A program made the position numbers and the translations under genes. Below, piece by piece: positions 52,608-62,645 of a stretch of 64,000 nt of DNA; positions within the stretch are counted from its first letter, which is position 1; each line of letters begins with the position of its first letter. The stretch lies in contig CAKNGB010000001.1 in the NCBI GenBank assembly GCA_930971385.1, positions 263,683-327,682 on the forward strand. Reading direction: 5' to 3'. This stretch comes from an uncultured Clostridia bacterium. GTDB taxonomy: Bacteria; Bacillota; Clostridia; Christensenellales; UBA1242. The notes under the pieces are model-generated. The model worked only from the letters and a program-made list of their open reading frames with translations. It searched no databases and was not told the origin of the DNA.

Positions 52608-53168
52608 ATGGTATCAGCAGGAGATTTTAGAAAAGGAACAACTTTTGAAATGGACGGCAACGTTTATAACGTTATCGACTTTTTGCACGTAAAACCAGGA
52701 AAAGGCTCGCCATTTGTTAGAGCAAAAATTAAAAATGTTATGACTGGGCAAGTTCGTGAGGACACTTTTAACCCATCAGATAAATTCCAAGAGGCTGTGA
52801 TTGAGAAGAAGGATATGCTTTATCTATATAACGACGGCGACCTTTATTATTTCATGGATAACGACACTTATGAGCAAATGCCACTTAACAAAGATGTTGT
52901 TGCAGATGTTTTAAACTTCGTCACAGAAAACATGACAACAACAATGTATATGTATAAGGGTGTGCCTTTTGCCGTTTATCCTCCAACATTCGTGGAACTT
53001 GAAGTTGTTGACACTGAACCTGGTATTCAGGGCGACACTTCAAAGGCTTCCAAAAAGCCAGCAACACTCATCACTGGCTACACCATTAGCGTTCCACTTT
53101 TTGTTAACATTGGAGATGTTATTAGAGTTGACACTCGTGACGGCTCGTACATGGAAAAAGTTAAATAA
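52608..53168 (+). CDS. efp: Elongation factor P
   Basis: It contains [17 protein letters not shown]. 186 aa. Confidence 0.95.
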   Translation: MVSAGDFRKGTTFEMDGNVYNVIDFLHVKPGKGSPFVRAKIKNVMTGQVREDTFNPSDKFQEAVIEKKDMLYLYNDGDLYYFMDNDTYEQMPLNKDVVADVLNFVTENMTTTMYMYKGVPFAVYPPTFVELEVVDTEPGIQGDTSKASKKPATLITGYTISVPLFVNIGDVIRVDTRDGSYMEKVK

Positions 53169-53173
53169 GAATT

Positions 53174-53197
53174 GATAGGTTTGCCTATCTTTTTTTT
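53174..53197 (+). terminator. Intrinsic terminator after efp
   Basis: GATAGG-TTTG-CCTATC followed by T8. Confidence 0.85.
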
Positions 53198-53338
53198 GCT
53201 TATAAACTTTAAATATATTCAAGCACATAAATTTACCAATCAAATTTTAGCGCTAAGATAAAAGGAATTTGACTTTAAGCCTAAATTTGTTTGGTAAAAT
53301 TTTAACATTCGTGTATAATCACATAAGGGAGAACTAAC

Positions 53339-55147
53339 TTGAACGACGAACTTAAATATATAAGAAATTTTTGCATAATTGCTCATATAGACCATGGAAA
53401 AAGCACGCTGGCAGACAGGTTGATTGAACTTACTGGCACGGTTTCTAAGCGTGAAATGCAAGACCAAATTCTTGACAGTATGGAACTTGAAAGAGAGAAG
53501 GGCATCACAATTAAACTTGCGCCAACAAGGCTTATTTATGAATATGAGGGTAAAGAATACACTCTCAATTTAATCGACACGCCAGGGCACGTTGACTTCA
53601 CTTATGAAGTTTCGCGTTCGCTTGCTGCTTGCGAGGGTGCGCTTCTTCTTGTGGACGCATCGCAAGGTGTGGAGGCTCAAACGCTTGCAAACACATATCT
53701 TGCACTTGACAACAATTTGGAAACGGTGCCAGTCATCAATAAAATCGACTTGCCGTCGGCACGCGTTGACGAGGTAAAAGCGGAAATTGAAGATGTTATC
53801 GGCTTAGACGCGCATGACTGTCCTTGCATTTCTGCAAAAGAGGGAACAAATGTTGAAGATGTTTTAAAGGCAATTATCGAAAAAATTCCATGCCCTAAAG
53901 GCGATGAAAACGGAAAACTTAAATGTTTGATTTTTGACAGCCACTATGATAATTTCAAAGGTGCAATTTGCCTTATTCGCGTTTTTGAAGGAACGGTTAA
54001 AAAGGGCGATAAGATTTTGATGATGCAAACAAACAAGGTTTTTGAAGTGACCGAGGTCGGAATTTTTGTGCCAAACACGAAAGAGGTTAATCTTTTGAAA
54101 GCAGGCGATGTTGGCTATCTTGCAGGTTCCATCAAAACGATAAGCGATGTTAAGGTTGGCGACACGATAACTTCTGCTGATAATCCGATTTCCTCCCCTC
54201 TTGCTGGCTATAAAGAGGTGCAACCAGTTGTGTTCTGTGGAATTTTCCCAGTTGACGGTGCAAAATATGGCGAACTTAAAGACTCGCTTGACAAACTTAA
54301 ACTCAACGATGCCAGTTTGCAATTTTCGCCAGAAAACTCCACCGCACTTGGCTATGGCTTTCGCTGTGGCTTTTTAGGGCTACTTCATCTTGAAATCATC
54401 ACAGAAAGATTAGAGCGCGAGTTTAATCTCGACATCATCACAACTGCACCAAGTGTTTCATATAGGGTTTTCAAAACCAACGGCGATGTTTTGGAGATTT
54501 CCAATCCTTCCAATTTGCCACCACAAGTGGAAATTGACCATATTGAAGAGCCAATGGTTAAAGTTAATGTTTTCACTCCACCAGACTATGTGGGCGCGAT
54601 TATGGATTTGTGCCAAGATAAGCGCGGTGTTTACAAGAACATGACCTATCTTGATAAGCGCAGAGTGGAACTTAATTATGAACTTCCACTTGGCGAAATT
54701 ATTTACGACTTTTTTGACAGTTTGAAATCGCGCACACATGGTTATGCAAGTTTCGACTATGAATTTTTTGGATATAGCCCAGCCGACTTAGTTAGAGTGG
54801 ATATTCTTCTCAACGGCGAAAAATGCGACGCTCTTTCCATGATTGTGCATAAGGATAAGGCATACACAAGAGGCAGAGAACTTGCTGAGCGACTAAAAAA
54901 AATCATTCCTCGTCAACTTTTTGAAGTGCCAATTCAGGCGTGTATAGGCAACAAAATTATTGCGCGTGAAACCATTTCTGCTTTAAGAAAGGATGTGCTT
55001 GCTAAGTGCTATGGCGGAGATATTTCAAGAAAACGAAAACTTCTTGAAAAACAAAAAGAGGGTAAGAAAAAAATGCGTAAGATAGGCTCGGTGGAAATTC
55101 CGTCAGAGGCCTTCATGAGCATTTTGAAGTTGAACGATGAAGAATAA
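53339..55147 (+). CDS. lepA: Elongation factor 4 (LepA)
   Basis: The TTG start follows GGGAG. Strings are [19 protein letters not shown] and a C-terminal [15 protein letters not shown]. Confidence 0.95.
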   Translation: MNDELKYIRNFCIIAHIDHGKSTLADRLIELTGTVSKREMQDQILDSMELEREKGITIKLAPTRLIYEYEGKEYTLNLIDTPGHVDFTYEVSRSLAACEGALLLVDASQGVEAQTLANTYLALDNNLETVPVINKIDLPSARVDEVKAEIEDVIGLDAHDCPCISAKEGTNVEDVLKAIIEKIPCPKGDENGKLKCLIFDSHYDNFKGAICLIRVFEGTVKKGDKILMMQTNKVFEVTEVGIFVPNTKEVNLLKAGDVGYLAGSIKTISDVKVGDTITSADNPISSPLAGYKEVQPVVFCGIFPVDGAKYGELKDSLDKLKLNDASLQFSPENSTALGYGFRCGFLGLLHLEIITERLEREFNLDIITTAPSVSYRVFKTNGDVLEISNPSNLPPQVEIDHIEEPMVKVNVFTPPDYVGAIMDLCQDKRGVYKNMTYLDKRRVELNYELPLGEIIYDFFDSLKSRTHGYASFDYEFFGYSPADLVRVDILLNGEKCDALSMIVHKDKAYTRGRELAERLKKIIPRQLFEVPIQACIGNKIIARETISALRKDVLAKCYGGDISRKRKLLEKQKEGKKKMRKIGSVEIPSEAFMSILKLNDEE

Positions 55148-56237
55148 TTTAAAGGAAATTTCAGTTTACATTCATCTTCCTTTTTGTGAGAGGAAGTGTC
55201 TTTATTGTGCCTTCACTTCTTTTGTTTCAAGTGACGATGTGCAAAAGGAGTATGTTAAACATCTAATAAAAGAAATTGAAAATTTTAAGGATGGCTATAA
55301 GGCAAAAACAATTTATTTTGGCGGAGGAACGCCATCGGTTTTAAGGTTAGATTTATTGGGAAAAATTTTTGACGCTCTTAAAAATAAATTTGAAATTGAA
55401 AAAGATGCTGAAATCACAATGGAAGTTAATCCTAATTCGGTGGATGAAGAAAAGTTGGGCTTTTATAAAAGATTAGGCGTGAACAGGCTAAGCATGGGCA
55501 TACAAAGTTTAAACGATAAAACGCTTAAAAAGCTTGGACGCTTGCACACAAAAAAAGAAGCACTTTATGAATTGCAACTTGCAACAAAGTTTTTTGACAA
55601 CGTTTCGTGCGATTTAATTTTGGGTTTAGAAAAAGAAAAAAATGTGGTTAAATATGCAAGAAAATTAATTAAATTTGGCATAAAGCATATCTCTTGCTAT
55701 ATCTTAGAGGTGCATGAAAACACACCTTTATATAGCCTTGTGAAAAATAAAAAATATCAACCATTAAATGACGAGGCGGTGGCTAAAAGTTATGAAGAAC
55801 TTAGAAAATTTCTTGAAAAACAAGGCTTTAATCAATATGAGATAAGCAATTTTTCTTTATTAGGTTTTGAAAGTAAACATAATTTAGCGTATTGGTCTTA
55901 TGATGATTATGTTGGCTTTGGTCTTTCTTCTCACTCGTTTTTAGACGGCGTAAGATATGAAAACTCCAGTAATTTAAAAGACTATTACGAAGGGAAAAGA
56001 CAGTCGGAAGCGATAATAAATGACAAGGAAATTGAAGAGAGAATTTTGCTTGGACTTAGATGTAAGAATGGCATAGATTTAGAAAAACTCAAAAATTTAG
56101 GCTATATTTTAGAAAAAAACGAGTTTTTTATGCAATTTTTAGAGAAAAACATCTTAAAAAAGGTAAACAACAAAGTTTTTCTTAATCCAAATTATTACGC
56201 AGTTTCTGATTTTATCATCGAGCATCTTCTTCCTTAA
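55137..56237 (+). CDS. hemW: Radical SAM heme chaperone HemW (HemN-like)
   Basis: [10 protein letters not shown] radical-SAM cluster motif and GGGTPS. Confidence 0.88.
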   Translation: MKNNLKEISVYIHLPFCERKCLYCAFTSFVSSDDVQKEYVKHLIKEIENFKDGYKAKTIYFGGGTPSVLRLDLLGKIFDALKNKFEIEKDAEITMEVNPNSVDEEKLGFYKRLGVNRLSMGIQSLNDKTLKKLGRLHTKKEALYELQLATKFFDNVSCDLILGLEKEKNVVKYARKLIKFGIKHISCYILEVHENTPLYSLVKNKKYQPLNDEAVAKSYEELRKFLEKQGFNQYEISNFSLLGFESKHNLAYWSYDDYVGFGLSSHSFLDGVRYENSSNLKDYYEGKRQSEAIINDKEIEERILLGLRCKNGIDLEKLKNLGYILEKNEFFMQFLEKNILKKVNNKVFLNPNYYAVSDFIIEHLLP

Positions 56238-56445
56238 AACTTTCAATTTACCTTTTTTATAAAACATTCAATTATGTGGCTGGAAGTTAAATTGTTTGTA
56301 ATAATGCTGAGCAAAACTTATGGTTATTTAAACTAGATTATCTAAATGAAATCAATAAAAAAATTTTATAAAACACTTGATTTTTATTTTTTGTTTTGAT
56401 ATAATAAAGTGTAAAGTTAAATTGCTTTACAAAAAGGTATGTTAA

Positions 56446-56775
56446 ATGGCAAAGATTGACCTTGCAGATTTCGTTAAATATGGTAAACTTTTTGAAGTTT
56501 ACGGCAAACTTTTAAGCGAAGATAGGCAAGCGCTTATGAATTTGTATTTTAATTTCAACATGACCTTGGCGGAAATTTCAAAAGAGAAAAACATCTCTCG
56601 GCAAGCGGTTTTGGATGGCATAACAAAGTCTTGTGCTAAACTTGACGCTTTGGAAGAAGTTTTAAGCATTGCTTTAAAAAAAGAAAACCTGCAACAAAAA
56701 CTAAATAAACTTAAAGAGATAAGCAGTGTTGAGGAAATAAAAATAAAAGTCGATGAAATTTTAGGAGATTTATAA
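56446..56775 (+). CDS. ylxM: YlxM (UPF0122) SRP-operon helix-turn-helix protein
   Basis: String LLSEDRQALMNLYFNFNMTLAEISKEKNISRQAV. It lies directly upstream of ffh. Confidence 0.85.
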   Translation: MAKIDLADFVKYGKLFEVYGKLLSEDRQALMNLYFNFNMTLAEISKEKNISRQAVLDGITKSCAKLDALEEVLSIALKKENLQQKLNKLKEISSVEEIKIKVDEILGDL

Positions 56776-58085
56776 TGGCTCTATTTTCAAACTTAACAGA
56801 AAAATTTAACCACATTTTTTCCAAACTCACTAAGCGTGGAAAACTGACTGAACTTGAAATTAAAGAGGCAATGCGCGAAGTTAGAATTGCCCTTCTTGAA
56901 GCCGATGTTAACTATATGGTGGCAAAAGACTTTGTGAACAAGGTTTCTGCAAAGGCGGTGGGTGAGGATGTTATGCGTTCGCTGACTCCTGGGCAAATGG
57001 TCATCAAAATTGTTAAAGATGAACTTGTTTCGCTCATGTCCAGCACCGACCAAAAACTTCACTTATCTTCAAATCCAGCAATAATCATGATGTGCGGGCT
57101 TCAAGGTGCTGGTAAAACCACAATGTGCGCAAAACTTGGTGCGTATCTCAAAAAGAGTGGAAAAAGACCTCTTCTTGTTGCTTGCGACATTTATAGACCT
57201 GCTGCAATCAACCAACTTCAAGTTGTTGGAAAACAGGCGAATTGTGATGTTTTTGAAAAGGGAACGCAAAATCCTGTTAAAACAGCAAAGCAGGCAATTC
57301 AGCACGCTGAAAAACAAGGATATGATGTTGTTATCATCGACACGGCGGGCAGACTTCACATCAATGAAGAACTTATGAACGAGCTTAAAGACATTAAAAA
57401 GGAAGTTAAGCCACACGAAATTTTGCTTGTGGTTGATGCCATGACAGGTCAGGATGCTGTGACAATAAGTGAAAGTTTTAATAAAGACCTCGACATTTCT
57501 GGTGTTATTTTAACTAAACTTGACGGCGACACGAGAGGTGGTGCGGCACTTTCCATTAAAGCAATCACAGGAAAACCTATTAAGTTCACTGGTGTTGGCG
57601 AAAAAATAGGCGACATCGAGCCGTTTTATCCAGACCGTATTGCCAGCAGGATTTTGGGTATGGGCGATGTTCTGTCGCTAATAGAAAAGGCACAGGAAGC
57701 AGTTAGTGAGGAAGAGGCAAAGAAACTGGAAGAAAAATTCCGTGAAAATTCCTTTACTTTTGAGGACTATCTCGTGCAAATGGAAAACCTGAAAAAGATG
57801 GGCAGTTTGAACGATATTGTCAGAATGATACCAGGCATGGCAAATAAACTTAAAGGCGTCACAATCGACGAAAAGCAACTTGCAGTTAATAAGGCAATTA
57901 TTCAAAGTATGACTCGTGAGGAAAGATTAAATCCAGACATCATCAAGGCTTCAAGGCGCAGAAGAATTGCAGAAGGAAGTGGCACAAGCATACAGCAAGT
58001 GAACCAACTTCTTAAACAATTTGAGCAATCAAAGGAAATGATGAAACAACTTAAAAACAAAAAAGGTTTACGCGGATTGTTTTAA
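56775..58085 (+). CDS. ffh: Signal recognition particle protein Ffh
   Basis: Motifs GLQGAGKTT, DTAGR and TKLDGD, plus an M-domain. Confidence 0.95.
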   Translation: MALFSNLTEKFNHIFSKLTKRGKLTELEIKEAMREVRIALLEADVNYMVAKDFVNKVSAKAVGEDVMRSLTPGQMVIKIVKDELVSLMSSTDQKLHLSSNPAIIMMCGLQGAGKTTMCAKLGAYLKKSGKRPLLVACDIYRPAAINQLQVVGKQANCDVFEKGTQNPVKTAKQAIQHAEKQGYDVVIIDTAGRLHINEELMNELKDIKKEVKPHEILLVVDAMTGQDAVTISESFNKDLDISGVILTKLDGDTRGGAALSIKAITGKPIKFTGVGEKIGDIEPFYPDRIASRILGMGDVLSLIEKAQEAVSEEEAKKLEEKFRENSFTFEDYLVQMENLKKMGSLNDIVRMIPGMANKLKGVTIDEKQLAVNKAIIQSMTREERLNPDIIKASRRRRIAEGSGTSIQQVNQLLKQFEQSKEMMKQLKNKKGLRGLF

Positions 58086-58210
58086 TTTGGCGTAAATCAC
58101 GAAAGAATAAAAGTGAAATTCTGTTAAAAATTAAATGAAGTTTACAAAAAACATACGGTATATCCCGAGAAATCGGCATATATATAAAATCTATTAAAAG
58201 GAGAAAAATC

Positions 58211-58465
58211 ATGGCTGTTAAAATTAGATTAACCAGAATGGGAGATAAAAAATCACCTTTCTACCGTGTTGTTGTTGCTGATTCTAAGAGCCCAAGAGAT
58301 GGTAAATTCATCGATATTCTTGGAACTTACAATCCACTCACAAATCCTGCTGAAATCAAAATTGACAATGAAAAAGCAACAAAATGGCTTAAAAATGGTG
58401 CGCTTCCAACTGAAACTGCTAAATCAATTTTGAAGAAAAGCGGTGCAATTCAAGAAAGCAAATAA
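58211..58465 (+). CDS. rpsP: 30S ribosomal protein S16
   Basis: It starts [25 protein letters not shown]. Confidence 0.96.
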   Translation: MAVKIRLTRMGDKKSPFYRVVVADSKSPRDGKFIDILGTYNPLTNPAEIKIDNEKATKWLKNGALPTETAKSILKKSGAIQESK

Positions 58466-58564
58466 TTTGTTTTAAAAGTTTGAAGAAAGGAAAATTGGAA
58501 AATAACTAACTGTTTCAGTTTAGTTAATCTACATATTTCTTCTTCAAAATTAAGAGGAGACATT

Positions 58565-58795
58565 ATGCAACAATTACTTGAAATTCTTGTGAAAAACCTT
58601 GTTAAAAACGAAAACGATGTAGAAATCACAAAGCAAGAGCAAGCCTCATCCATAACCTTTGTTGTTAAAGTTAACAGTGAAGATATTGGAAAGGTTATCG
58701 GCAAAAATGGCAAAATGGCAAGTAGCATAAGAACAATCATAAAGTCCGTGGGCGCAAAGGAACACAAAAAAATCTATGTTAAATTTGGAGATTAA
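58565..58795 (+). CDS. KH-domain RNA-binding protein (YlqC type)
   Basis: String DIGKVIGKNGKMASSIRTI. 76 aa. Confidence 0.85.
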   Translation: MQQLLEILVKNLVKNENDVEITKQEQASSITFVVKVNSEDIGKVIGKNGKMASSIRTIIKSVGAKEHKKIYVKFGD

Positions 58796-58798
58796 TTT

Positions 58799-59299
58799 GT
58801 GGAACTTTTAAGCGTTGGAAAAATTGTTAAACCGCAGGGTATTAAAGGGGAGGTAAAAATTTATCCTCTCATTGATATTCCTGCGATTTTTAATGGTAAG
58901 CACGAGATGTTTATCGACAAAAAGCCGGTCAAAGTGAAGTCGTGTTCCTATCGCCAAGGCTTTGCTTATGCCATGTTCGATGTGATACCAGACCGAAACA
59001 CTGCGGAAAAATATCGTAATTCGCTGGTGTATATCGACAAGGAAGAGTTTTATAAAATTCCTTCCAACACCTATCTTATTGATGACCTTGTTGGGCAAAT
59101 TTTGTATGATGAAAATGGCGAAATGGTTGGGCAAATTCAAGGTGCAGACAACTTTGGGTTTGACGACATTCTTTTAATTAAAGAAGGTGAACTTGTCTAT
59201 CAACTTCCATTTGTTAAAGCGATTTTCAAAAAGACTGCCGACGGTTTTGTGGTGGATAGAAAGGAATATGAGGGGGCAAAGACGCTTTATGAAAATTGA
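58799..59299 (+). CDS. rimM: 16S rRNA processing protein RimM
   Basis: GTG start. String [16 protein letters not shown], followed by a PRC barrel. Confidence 0.88.
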   Translation: MELLSVGKIVKPQGIKGEVKIYPLIDIPAIFNGKHEMFIDKKPVKVKSCSYRQGFAYAMFDVIPDRNTAEKYRNSLVYIDKEEFYKIPSNTYLIDDLVGQILYDENGEMVGQIQGADNFGFDDILLIKEGELVYQLPFVKAIFKKTADGFVVDRKEYEGAKTLYEN

Positions 59300-59948
59300 C
59301 ATTTTAACCTTGTTTCCTGAAATGTTTTCGCCTCTAAATTCCAGCATATTAAAGCGTGCGGTTGATGCGGGAATTTTGGAATTTAACCTGATAAATATTC
59401 GCGATTTTTCCAAGGATAAGCACAAGAAATGCGACGACTATCCTTTCGGTGGTGGTGCTGGTATGCTTATGAGTGTGCAACCAATCTATGATGCCATTAA
59501 AAGCGTTAAAAAGGAAAATTCAAAAATCATTTTTCCTTCGCCAAAAGGAGTGAAATTTGACCATAAGAAAGCGAAAGAATTGTCTAGGTTTGAACACTTG
59601 ATTTTTGTTTGCGGGCATTATGAAGGAGTGGACGAACGCATTTTTGAACTTTTCGACATTGAAGAAATCTCGCTTGGCGACTATGTTTTGACAGGTGGCG
59701 AACTTCCAAGCATGGTTATGATCGACTCTCTTTCGCGTTTCGTTGACGGCGTTATCAGCAAAGAAAGTTTGGAAAATGAAAGTTTTTCAAATGGGCTTTT
59801 GGAGTATCCTCAATACACGCGACCAGCGGTTTTTGAGGGGATAAAAGTTCCAGAGGTTTTGCTTTCAGGTAATCATCAAGAGGTGGAAAGATGGCGAAAA
59901 GAAGAGAGTTTTAAATGCACAAAAAAAAGCCGAAAAGATTTACTATAA
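59289..59948 (+). CDS. trmD: tRNA (guanine37-N1)-methyltransferase
   Basis: It starts [13 protein letters not shown] and contains [11 protein letters not shown] and VLTGGELP. The ATG at 59289 overlaps the rimM end. Confidence 0.93.
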   Translation: MKIDILTLFPEMFSPLNSSILKRAVDAGILEFNLINIRDFSKDKHKKCDDYPFGGGAGMLMSVQPIYDAIKSVKKENSKIIFPSPKGVKFDHKKAKELSRFEHLIFVCGHYEGVDERIFELFDIEEISLGDYVLTGGELPSMVMIDSLSRFVDGVISKESLENESFSNGLLEYPQYTRPAVFEGIKVPEVLLSGNHQEVERWRKEESFKCTKKSRKDLL

Positions 59949-59954
59949 TTGCAT

Positions 59955-60007
59955 AACACCACAAGATATGGTGTAGTATGCAAGTAAATTATAAGCAAAC
60001 ACCACAA
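59955..60007. repeat. Copy (e) of the repeat family, 7 nt after the trmD stop
   Basis: AACACCACAAGATATGGTGTAGTATGCA, then 16 nt, then a second AACACCACAA (direct repeat at 59955-59964 and 59998-60007). Confidence 0.75.
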
Positions 60008-60031
60008 TTTAAAGAATAAAAAAGAGGAAAT

Positions 60032-60841
60032 ATGAAAATAAATTGGTTTCCAGGACATATGCATAAAGCACTTAAGGACATTGAAAATCAACTTAAAAAG
60101 GTTGATGTTGTTATCTATGTGCTGGATGCAAGAATTCCTCTTTCTTCACTTAATCCCTCTTTAAATGAGATTGCCGAAAATAAGAAAATCTTATATGTTG
60201 TTAATAAAATTGATTTGGCGGATTTAGAGCGAGTTAAAGTGCTTTTGCCACAACTAAAAAATGAAAATTCGGACTATATCCTCTTCAATTCAAACGCATA
60301 CAAAGGAAGTTTGATTTTAGACAAAGTGAAAAAACTTGCCAGCGATAAGATTGAAAAATATAAAAGTAAGGGCGTTAAAGCAACAATTCGCGTTATGGTG
60401 ATTGGAATTCCAAATTGTGGTAAAAGTTCGATAGTTAATAATCTTTGCAAAAAAGCCAAAACACTAACTGGTAATCGCGCAGGCGTCACAAAAAGCGGAC
60501 AGTGGCTTAATGTTGGTGACGGCATAGAAATCTACGACACTCCTGGCACGCTTTATCCTAACATCGAAAATCAAGAGATTGCCAAGAAACTCGCGTACGT
60601 CGGCAGTGTTCGCGATGAAGTTTTGGAGTTTACTTCGCTTGCCACAGATTTACTTTCAATTTTAAACGAAAAATATCCTTCTTTAATTTCCAAACGCTAT
60701 GGCGACGCAAAAAATTTGGAAGATATTGCAGTTTTAAGGAAGTATGTGAAAGCGGGTGGTGAACTTGACCTAGACCGCACGGCTTACATGGTGGTGGATG
60801 ATTTCCGCAAAAATCGCATTGGTAAAATAACTTTAGATTAA
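60032..60841 (+). CDS. rbgA: Ribosome biogenesis GTPase A (YlqF)
   Basis: It starts INWFPGHMHKA. The G motifs are circularly permuted (NKIDL ... GIPNCGKSS ... DTPG). Confidence 0.9.
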   Translation: MKINWFPGHMHKALKDIENQLKKVDVVIYVLDARIPLSSLNPSLNEIAENKKILYVVNKIDLADLERVKVLLPQLKNENSDYILFNSNAYKGSLILDKVKKLASDKIEKYKSKGVKATIRVMVIGIPNCGKSSIVNNLCKKAKTLTGNRAGVTKSGQWLNVGDGIEIYDTPGTLYPNIENQEIAKKLAYVGSVRDEVLEFTSLATDLLSILNEKYPSLISKRYGDAKNLEDIAVLRKYVKAGGELDLDRTAYMVVDDFRKNRIGKITLD

Positions 60842-60978
60842 ACCAATTTCATTTTGATTTTACTAATTAATATGTAATAATTAAAAAGTGATAAACTAAA
60901 ATAAAAGGCACGCTTGGAAATCAATACATATTTTTGATTTAAATTTTCTTATTAATTAAAATAAAATTTGGAAAGGTT

Positions 60979-61323
60979 ATGAAAGAGAGAAATAAGATTG
61001 AAGGCGACATTGGCGAAATTGAAACGGCAGACGTTCTTAAAAAGAAGGGCTACAAAATTCTTGCCACCAACTATCGAAACAAGTTGGGCGAAATCGACTT
61101 AATTGCCATGGATAAAGGTGTTATTGTGTTTGTGGAAGTTAAAAGGCGTTCCACACTTGCTTTCGGCAGACCTATTGAGGCGGTGGATTTCCGTAAGCAA
61201 CAAAAGATTAGGCGAGTGGCGGAAATGTATCTTATCTACAATCACAAGCCTTATGCAGATGTGCGATTTGATGTTATCGAAATTTTGGGTGATGAAATTA
61301 ATCATGTTGAAAACGCTTTCTAG
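60979..61323 (+). CDS. yraN: YraN family (UPF0102) endonuclease-fold protein
   Basis: Strings GEIDLIA, VFVEVKRR and RFDVIE. Confidence 0.85.
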   Translation: MKERNKIEGDIGEIETADVLKKKGYKILATNYRNKLGEIDLIAMDKGVIVFVEVKRRSTLAFGRPIEAVDFRKQQKIRRVAEMYLIYNHKPYADVRFDVIEILGDEINHVENAF

Positions 61324-61398
61324 GTTTCATTTAATTTGCTTAGTTAAAACTCATTATGATGAGAAAATAAAAAAATTTAAAAATTTTCGCGTTTTTTC

Positions 61399-61427
61399 TT
61401 GACAAATTTCTCTGAATATCATAAAAT
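61399..61427 (+). promoter_or_regulatory. Sigma-A promoter of the tRNA cluster
   Basis: TTGACA (61399-61404), 17-nt spacer, TAAAAT (61422-61427). Confidence 0.75.
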
Positions 61428-61449
61428 AATCTAGCGAGCGCTGAAAAGA

Positions 61450-61525
61450 CGGGGTGTGGCTCAGTTGGTAGAGCGCGCGGTTTGGGACCGTGAGGTCGGG
61501 GGTTCGAGACCCTCCACCCCGACCA
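61450..61525 (+). tRNA. tRNA-Pro (TGG)
   Basis: Acceptor CGGGGTG/CACCCCG, anticodon loop TTTGGGA, CCA encoded. Confidence 0.9.
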
Positions 61526-61545
61526 GCAGTGCTTGCAGTTTGATT

Positions 61546-61622
61546 GGGCCTTTAGCTCAGTTGGTTAGAGCGACCGGCTCATAACCGGTTGGTCCGCGGT
61601 TCGAGTCCGTGAAGGCCCACCA
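61546..61622 (+). tRNA. tRNA with CAT anticodon (elongator Met or lysidine-modified Ile2; the TTGGTC variable loop is ileX-like)
   Basis: Acceptor GGGCCTT/AAGGCCC, loop CTCATAA, CCA encoded. Confidence 0.85.
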
Positions 61623-61647
61623 AATTTAAAAAAATATGCCATTTTTG

Positions 61648-61676
61648 TTGCAATATTTTTTTAATTATGGTAAAAT
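61648..61676 (+). promoter_or_regulatory. Second promoter inside the tRNA cluster
   Basis: TTGCAA (61648-61653), 17-nt spacer, TAAAAT (61671-61676). Confidence 0.65.
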
Positions 61677-61694
61677 CAAATAGATGTCAGTTTT

Positions 61695-61771
61695 GGCTCG
61701 GTAGTTCAGTTGGTTAGAACGCTAGCCTGTCACGCTAGAGGTCGTGGGTTCGAGCCCCATCCGAGTCGCCA
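61695..61771 (+). tRNA. tRNA-Asp (GTC)
   Basis: Acceptor GGCTCGG/CCGAGTC, loop CTGTCAC, CCA encoded. Confidence 0.9.
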
Positions 61772-61774
61772 TTT

Positions 61775-61850
61775 GCCCTGATAGCTCAGTCGGTAGAGCA
61801 AGGGACTGAAAATCCCTGTGTCGGTGGTTCGATTCCACCTTAGGGCACCA
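61775..61850 (+). tRNA. tRNA-Phe (GAA)
   Basis: Acceptor GCCCTGA/TTAGGGC, loop CTGAAAA, CCA encoded. Confidence 0.9.
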
Positions 61851-61851
61851 G

Positions 61852-62012
61852 CATACTTATGTATGTGAGAAAGTCTTTGTGTGAGATAAAGCAGACACAG
61901 GGATTTTCAAAAACCACCTAAAAATTTATAATTTTTTAGCCGAGAAGTTGAACATTACACAAAACAGGTTTAACTTTAAGCGGGGTGTAAGTCACAGCAT
62001 ACAATAAGTATG
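61852..62012 (+). ncRNA. Candidate structured spacer RNA or MITE-like element abutting tRNA-Phe
   Basis: CATACTTATGTATG (61852-61865) pairs with CATACAATAAGTATG (61998-62012) over 14 bp with one bulge. The enclosed 132 nt include GACACAGGGATTTTCA (61894-61909), a perfect reverse complement of tRNA-Phe positions 61807-61822. Confidence 0.45.
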
Positions 62013-62109
62013 AGAAAAACGGAGCAATTTTTAAGGTCTTAATCAATTTTAAATGTAAATAATATATTAACATATTATATATGAATTAAGATGTTTATCA
62101 AAAATTGTT

Positions 62110-62185
62110 TGCTGGCGTGGCTCAATGGTAGAGCAGCTGACTTGTAATCAGCAGGTTGAAGGTTCGATTCCTTTCGCCAGCTCCA
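62110..62185 (+). tRNA. tRNA-Thr (TGT)
   Basis: Acceptor GCTGGCG/CGCCAGC, loop CTTGTAA, CCA encoded. Confidence 0.9.
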
Positions 62186-62188
62186 CTT

Positions 62189-62273
62189 GGGTAGGTTGCA
62201 GAGCGGCCAAATGCAACGGACTGTAAATCCGTCGACTATGTCTTCGATGGTTCGAATCCATCCCTGCCCACCA
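62189..62273 (+). tRNA. tRNA-Tyr (GTA), type II
   Basis: Acceptor GGGTAGG/CCTGCCC, loop CTGTAAA, long variable arm, CCA encoded. Confidence 0.9.
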
Positions 62274-62283
62274 GTTTTTCAAA

Positions 62284-62323
62284 GCCTACAAGCCTTATAA
62301 ATAAAGGTTTGTGGGCGTTTTTT
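62284..62323 (+). terminator. Intrinsic terminator of the tRNA cluster
   Basis: GCCTACAAGCCTT-ATAAATA-AAGGTTTGTGGGC (two G-U pairs) followed by T6. Confidence 0.75.
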
Positions 62324-62388
62324 AATTTCTCACAAAATTTTGCAATAAGAGGCAAAAAACGGCTAAAAGTCAATTTTAGGTCAAAAAA

Positions 62389-62412
62389 GTGGATACAAAA
62401 GTGGATACAATC
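62389..62412 (+). repeat. Tandem 12-nt direct repeat
   Basis: GTGGATACAAAA followed by GTGGATACAATC. Confidence 0.7.
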
Positions 62413-62615
62413 ATAAGTTGTATTTTTCTGAAGTTAAGCCAAGTGTGAAATAAGCCACATTCGAGCGTGAATGATGGAAGCAGGGGTGTAACTTGTTTAA
62501 ATATTAGAGTTATTAAGTTTATTTAATAGACATTACTTATTTAAATGGTGATTTAATCAACTATTCGAAAGAAGTTTTGTTAATGTATTTTTGATATGAG
62601 GTTAATTTACAAAGT

Positions 62616-62645
62616 AAAAAAATCACAACTTAGCGTTGTGATTTT
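62616..62645. terminator. Orphan bidirectional terminator-like hairpin in a non-coding stretch
   Basis: A6, then ATCACAAC-TTAGC-GTTGTGAT, then TTT. Confidence 0.5.

Noticed and set aside
53240-53467. A 75-aa minus-strand ORF overlapping the lepA promoter and start.
   Set aside because: It overlaps the 5' end of an unambiguous lepA and the efp-lepA intergenic region, and it has no RBS. It is likely spurious.
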